A stretch of 64,000 nt of DNA, from NCBI GenBank assembly GCA_965178125.1, contig OZ237774.1:62001-126000 (forward strand), given 5' to 3'. Positions 57,912 through 64,000 of the stretch are shown here, piece after piece. The stretch is from Bilabrum cf. latius (Eukaryota). The notes below the pieces were generated by a model that worked only from the letters and a program-made list of their open reading frames with translations, made no database searches and was not told the origin of the DNA. The position numbers were made by a program, and so were the translations under genes. Within the stretch, counting starts at the first letter, position 1. Every line of letters starts with the position of its first letter.

Positions 57912-58363
57912 GCAGCTGCACCTTAACTGTAGCACGGGAAATACAAGAGGGCGTTGTGGCAAGACGCGTTCAAACTACCAGTGAGCATAGGAGTAGAGCT
58001 CAGATCTCAATGCGGTTCTCACCATGGCATGATCACATGGAAACTCCGAAGCAAACCAACATCCTCTCATTATAATCCTGTAAATCAATGTTCTGATGAC
58101 TGATACCTGGAATAGATAGTCTAGTTTCTTTAGTTCCGCTAAATCCTGATGCGCGGCGCCATTGGAACCATCGAATCCGTGGATAAACATCCAGACTGCA
58201 TCAGATATCGCCAGGTATTATCTGGAGTATAAGTTTTTTCATCTTTTGCACGAGTCGCTGTAGAGCAGCCGCTAAACGTAGCAATCGATTGATTGAATCC
58301 AGTGGTTGAAGAACCCTTCAGCGACATCCTGGAACTTCGCAGTTCTCCTGGTTGTTTGTTGCA

Positions 58364-61300
58364 ATGGCGAAACCCCCTTCCAAAGAGAGAGCCAAGCGTC
58401 TGACCCCAGCCCCGCTCGGCTTGCTATCGGCTACAGTGCTTCGGCCTGCAGCATGGATGGCCTGGCCAGGAGAGCGATCATCCACTGCCACTGGCAGCAC
58501 GCAGCGCAGCACCGGCATAGGCGACAGGCTCACCGACGGACCAGCATCATCATCTAAGACCGGCAAGGCATCGCATGTTACGGCTCGAAGCGGCACTCGA
58601 CCGTCGTAGCCGCCCACCACCGCCCCTTAGCAGCCGCACCACAGCAGCAATCACCTCTAGCTGGAGCGAGCAGCAGCACCCATGCCGCGCGCGGGTGCAG
58701 TGGTCTCCGTGGCTGCCTCCTCGGGGGGATGCTACGCCGTCACCGACCGGGGACAGCTGCTGCGCGCGGGTGCATCGCACGGTGGCGTGGCACAGCTGAG
58801 GCCGGTCCCGGTGCGGGTGCCCCTGGCCCAGGTGGCCTGCGGCTTTGAGCACACCATGCTGCTGGATAGGCAGGGCGGTTTGCTGTGCGTGGGCAAGGAC
58901 GGGGGCACGGGGGCCCTGGGGGTGCCTGGGACCTCCGTTGTTCCCCGGGTGCGACCGTGCGTGGCGACGATCGGTCGCAAGGTCCTGGCGGTGGCAGCGT
59001 TCGGGCGTGGCACCGCCGTGGCGGTGCAGCGTGGCGGCGGTTCCGGTGTGCTGCGCTGGGGATCCGGAGCCGATCCCTCGGGGGGTGACGTGGGGGAGGA
59101 GAGCGGGGGCGATGGTGTGACGAGTGCGGCGGCGCGCGGGAAGGGGCTGGGGCCGCAGGGCGGGGGCGAGGGGCTGGTCTGGAGCGCGGGCGCATCGCAG
59201 TGCAATGCAGCCGGCATCCCGATCGAGGAGTGGGACCCTTGGCGCTTCACCCCCTTCCTGCATGAGGGCGGGGGCAGGCGCAGGCACATGCCACGGGTGG
59301 AGCAGGTGGCCCTGGGGCCGGAGCACTGCATTGCGGTGACGTCCGAGGGTCACGCGTACTACTGGGGCACGCATCAGGTGGTCAAACGCAGCGATGAAGG
59401 GGTGGTCAAAGCTGCGGAACTGCTGCGGCGCACATCGGCTGGCAATGGGCCCAGCGGGAGCAGCGAACGTGCCCAAAAGGCGGGTACGGGGTCAGGTGCA
59501 CTGCACGGTGGTGCAGTGTCGCTGCCCCCCGACCTGGAGCCCACGGGCACGCTGCGGGACAAGTTCGTCGCGGCGCCGGAACTGGTCGGTTCCGCAGCCC
59601 TCCGGGTGGCCGGCGCCAGTGCGGGCCGAGGGCGATCCTTTGTGCTGACCCAGGAAGGCCGGCTGCTGGCGTGGGGCTGCCTCGCGGGTTTGGCCAGGTC
59701 CAGGCCGGAACACCTTCTGGAGGCGGCGGCGCCGCGCATAGTTGGGGAGGCCGGGGATGTTGGGCCCAGCGGAACCGGTTCCGCTCCGCGCGGCGCCCGC
59801 GTGCCCCTGGAGCTGGCCCAGGCGGCCCGGCGCGCCGGGTGCGTCGTGCCGTGCGGGTGGGAGAGCGGCGGGATCCGGAGCCTAAACTACGGCCCGGCTT
59901 CGGTTGGTGGTGCCAGCGGTGGCGTGAGGTCTGCTGGGGCTGGGGGGCTGCCGCCTCGGGGACCCGGTTCCGCAGACGGCCGCGCGGGAGCGGGAAAGGC
60001 GGGCCTTGGGGTCGGACTCGATGCAATGGGTGGTGCTGGCTCTGGGGCAGTTTTGGCTCCGGGTCACTTGCTGTCGGCCGGGTCCATGCGTCGGGTGCAG
60101 AGCGAGACCGGGCCGCTGGACCGGTTGAGTGCCGGTGTGACGAGTGACGGAGGGAGTGTAACGAGTGAGCCGGAGGGCAAGGGGAAGCACCCGCTCGGGT
60201 CTCCGCTCGGGCGGCGGGGCAGGGGGGGTAATTCACCGGGGGGAAGGAAGGGGGCATCGACCCCATCGAGGGGACAGCGGGGTCTGCAGGCCATGGCCGC
60301 TCTTAGTTCCGCAAACGAGGGCGCCGCGCAGAAGCTCACCACGCCGCAGCTGATCCGGCAGATGTCCGAAGGCAGGATCGGATCGGGCAGCGGCAGCCGG
60401 GCCGGTTCGCCGGCGCCGCGCGGCGGGCCTGGTTCCGCAACCAGCAGCACTGAAGGCGCGCCGCGCGTGGCGCTCGCCGGTCTCCTGCATTCCGACTCCG
60501 ACTCCGACTCGGACTCGGACTCGGAATCGAAACCCGACCAGGCAGGCCCCGGGGCGGCGGCACAGGGGGGCCATGTGCCGGGTACAGGCGCGCGCGTGCC
60601 CAGGCAGGCCCCCCTTCGGACCAGGGCCGACAGCGACGGGCAGGGAGGCGCATGGAACGTGGCAGGGGGCGGGAACGTGGCAGGGGGCGGGAACGTGGCA
60701 GGGGGCGGGAGCGTGGCAGGGGGCGGGCCCGGTTCCGGTTTTGCCGCGGGGGCCAAGGGGGGGGGGCCCTCACCGGCAGGGAACAAGGCCCAGTCGGCAG
60801 GCGGGGGGAGCGGGCCCGAGGAGGACGACGATCGGAGCAGTGAGGCATCGGGGGCAAGGCGTAGCGCGCTATCGGGCGGAGCAGGTGCACTGCACGCAGG
60901 CGCGGGCGCGGGTCACGATCGCGACGATCTTGTCGGTGCCGGCGATGATGACTCACCGCACGGCGTTCCCGCGGGGAGGCAGAGCAGCCAGGAGACTGCA
61001 CCAATCGAAGATGAAGATGATACACGCATGGTTAGGTTGCAACCGCCGTGGCCGCCGTTGGGGTGGATTCCCCTGGGGGTTGTGGGGAGGGCGGGGGCGG
61101 CGCGAGACGTGGCTGCGGCGGGGCGGGGGCAGCCATGGCGGGTGGTTCCGCAAGGCGCGGCGCCGCTGCCGCCCACCCGGCGGGAGCAGCAGCTCGCACT
61201 TGCGACCAAGGCTGCGAGCACCTGCTTCCAGCCGCACTCGTCACCCCTGGACGTGAGCGGTGGCCTCCGGTGGCGGGCCATCGTGGAGGGGCCCTGGAGC

Positions 61301-64000
61301 GCGGAGGGGCAGCTGCGGGGCAGCGGTGTGACGAGTGCGATGGGGACTTCGCATGGGCTGGGCGGTGGCACGCTATCCCGGGATGCGTCTGCCCTGTCCC
61401 GGGGGTCCAGTGTGACGAGTGCGACGGGGGAGGAGGCCTTCGTGGCGGGTGCCACGGGCCTGCCGGGGCCGCGGGCGAGGGCGCTGCTCCGCCTGTGCGG
61501 GGGGAGTCCCGAGGCGGCCGTGGAATCCTGGCTGGGAGGAGGTGTGACGAGTGACCAGGTGGAGGCGGCCGTGTTTGAAGATGAAGCAGAGGCGGCCAGC
61601 AGGGAGGGGCGACTCACGCAGGCTAACAGGGGGGTGGCGGGGGCGGGGGCTCCCGACCCCCTGCCCAGGGCGGACTGCCCTCTGCCCGTGCACGGTGTGA
61701 CGAGTGACCACAGGGTGGCCGCCGTGCTTCTTCCGCCGGAGCGCCCTGCCGACCTGGTGGTGGGTGCATCGCACGGCGGTGCATGGGCGGGCGATCTCCT
61801 CGCCGATCCCCGGCCCCTCGGGCGAGTCGATGAGGTGGAGGGTTCGTCAGGCGCATCGCCATCATCGCCCTCGAAGGTTGCGGGATCGAAGCGGTTTTCG
61901 GGGAGTGAAGGTCGTTTTGCCGCCTCTGGCAGGGCACAAATGGCAGCCTGGCTTGCTCAGCGACTGGTTGGGTCCGCATGCGCGGCGCCGGTTCCGCTGC
62001 CAAAGCCCGCGGGTGCAGGATCGGCATTCCGAGCAGCAGCAGCCGCCGCCGGCGCTTCGGCCTCGGGCGATGCCGGCGCCGCGCAGCCTTCCGATGTTCC
62101 GCAATCCTTGTCGGAGGACGAGGGGCGCGACCTTGCGATCGCGGCGGGGCCACGCATGGCCGTGCTGTTTTCAGCTCCGGACGAATCGGTGCCCGGGCCC
62201 GTATCGGCTTCTATCCAGGGTGCAGCGCACGGCAGTGCACCCGGGGATGTCTGGGCCGCGGACGGACTCGACGCATAGATCGCGGTTGCAACCGCCGTCC
62301 TGATGGATTCGGAGCCACAACTCGCGGCGGAGGCAGCGCGGGTCTTGTGGGAGCACTTGGAAGGCGGCGAAACCGCAACCGGCAGAGGAAATGCGCGGCG
62401 CCCCCCGGGCCCCCTGGCCATGGTTCCGCTGCTCCCCGCCCGGCTCACCACGGCGGACGGTCCCCTGCACGTGACCCCACGATGGGGGGGGATTTCCCCC
62501 GAGTCCCACCGGCTGCTCCCCGGGCCCCTAGGCCTAGCCATCAGCCCCGCCCGGCTGCAGGTGCACGTCACTGCGGTGCTGCTGGCGTCCGGTGGGTCGC
62601 AGAAGCCCTTCGATCCTGCGAGCGGAGCGATGCTTCCAGCAGATGACCGCCCATCAGCGGCCCAGCCACCGCGAGCTGCATCGTCATCATCGTCATCGTC
62701 GTCGTCGTCGTCACATGCAGCCCAGGCCCAGGCCCTGGCCATCGCCATGCGGGGAGCCCCGGCCGGCGCGCTGGGGCCGTGGATGGGTCGGCTTGGGTCC
62801 GGTGTGACGCGCGTGGATGGGGGGGCCTCGACGGGGGCGCTCGTGGGGGCGGCGGCGGGTCTGCGGGCCGCGGCTGACGTCAGCGGGTCATCAGCTCTGA
62901 TGGTGCACTCGCTCGGGTCTAGGTGCCTGCGGGCGCCCACCGTGGCCGAGGAACAATCCGCGCTGGGAGTGCGCGGCGCCGGTTCCGCTGTGACGGGCAG
63001 GGTGCTCCGGGTGATGGGCCGGCGGGCGGTGTCGCAGGGCCTGGCGAGGGTGTGGGGCGGGCGTGTGACGAGTGCTGCGGCACGGTTCGGGAGTGGCGGC
63101 GGTGGTGACACGACTCGGGTCGCGGGGACAATTTCGGCACCGGATCTTGCCTGGCTCGCGGTGCGGGTCGCTTCCGGCGGGTCTGGTGGTTCGAGCCGAT
63201 CGAGTGCAGAGGTGGGCAGCAGCAGCAGCAGCAGCGGGAGCAGCATGGATGCCCAGTGGCTGGGGCGATTCGTTGTGTCGCTGCCTGGCGGTGCCCTCGA
63301 CCTCGAGATGGATGCTGGCGCACGGCAGAGGTCAGGGGGCCCTGAACACGATGACGATGGCGATGACGATGACGGTGATAATGGCCATGCTCCGCGATTG
63401 GACGCATAGTCACACCCAGGGCCCAGGGAACAAATGGGGCCCAGGGAACAACTGGGTCCCAGGGAACAACTGGGGCCCAGGGAACACGCCTTGGAAGCCG
63501 CACCCGCCGTGCGCGTGGCGGCGGGCTCGAGGAGCAGATGGCTGCTGACCCATCTCGGTGACCGACTGCGCTTGAGGGGTGGCCAAAGTGGCACCCCGGC
63601 GCGGGAGGGCCCTCGAGCAGCTTCTAATGCGCGAGGCAGGAGCGGCCTGTGGCACCCCTGGGAGGCACTGCCCCAGTACGGTCCCCCGCGCGGCGCCGAC
63701 GGAACCGAAGCGCCGCTGGCTGCGGATTTGACCGCGCTTGTGATGAACGGGCTCTTGTACGCCGGCGGTCTCCGCTCCGATGGAGACGAGGACGGCGGGC
63801 TCGCATCCGGGGAGGATGGTGTGACGAGTGGATCGGATCGCCGCGTGCTGCCGTCATCGCGCCGCCCCTCGGCCCGCGCCGTGCTCGGGCTCCTGGCCCA
63901 GTGGATCCACGAGGATCGGATCACCGTGCCTTGCTTGTTCCCTGGGGAACAGCAAGGACCGCGCGGCAGCACCGCCGGCGGCCAGGCCTCTCGGACCGAG
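58364..64000 (+). CDS. Very large RCC1-repeat protein with UBA-like and possible degenerate BTB-like segments (3'-incomplete); 5 in-frame TAGs
   Basis: One frame runs from ATG 58364 to the window end with TAG at 58607, 58628, 58658, 62276 and 63407 and no TAA/TGA. RCC1-like segments are QVACGFEHTMLLDRQG, QVALGPEHCIAVTSEGHAYYWG and SAGRGRSFVLTQEGRLLAWG. The UBA-like segment is ARALLRLCGGSPEAAVESWL. Confidence 0.75.

Noticed and set aside
61957-63972. Long antisense or alternative-frame ORFs (for example 61957-63972, 25494-26801, 25736-27076, 35188-36474, 181-822)
   Set aside because: They are shadow ORFs of GC-rich genes on the opposite strand or frame and show no domain motifs.
1-64000. tRNA (including a suppressor tRNA-Gln CUA), rRNA or eRF1 gene
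   Set aside because: I recognised none by eye in this window. tRNAscan-SE or Infernal would be needed to exclude small RNA genes.

Overview
This is gene-dense, GC-rich eukaryotic nuclear DNA with short GT-AG introns. It probably comes from a heterotrophic protist; a stramenopile/bicosoecid-like origin is only an impression. The main result is a non-standard nuclear genetic code in which TAG is a sense codon, most likely Gln, while TGA and apparently TAA still terminate. By manual count about 60 in-frame TAGs interrupt at least 16 otherwise intact genes. Several sit at family-conserved Gln positions: SNF2 TGTPL[TAG]NDL, Mpo1 LLDNLP[TAG]SIFMAP, and PINK1-like kinase LWLL[TAG]VLQAL and LRGLL[TAG]AHP. 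One 4.85-kb frame contains 17 TAGs and no TAA or TGA. The supplied standard-code ORF track therefore fragments most genes. Genes recovered are NAT10, an ARF-like GTPase, a Cys-rich membrane protein, Mpo1, thiolase, an ankyrin family with one repeat per 99-nt exon, an F-box/multi-TM protein, RBM34, an LSH/DDM1-type SNF2 ATPase, a RIB2/RibD-type deaminase, an orphan secreted protein, DPH5, a bacterial-type IDH with a 7-nt microexon, a WDR44-like protein, an ARM-repeat protein, an ANK/PINK1-like kinase/WW protein, a 3-beta-HSD-like SDR, a putative glycoside hydrolase, two LRR-like paralogs and a large RCC1-like protein. Other notable signals are a C-terminal module present six times on two unrelated N-termini, a strongly over-represented 11-mer (TGTGACGAGTG) inside coding DNA, a shared upstream motif (TTGGTTACAACC), and a foreign-looking 2.8-kb insert with a 381-bp tandem repeat. 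All coordinates and counts were done by eye.
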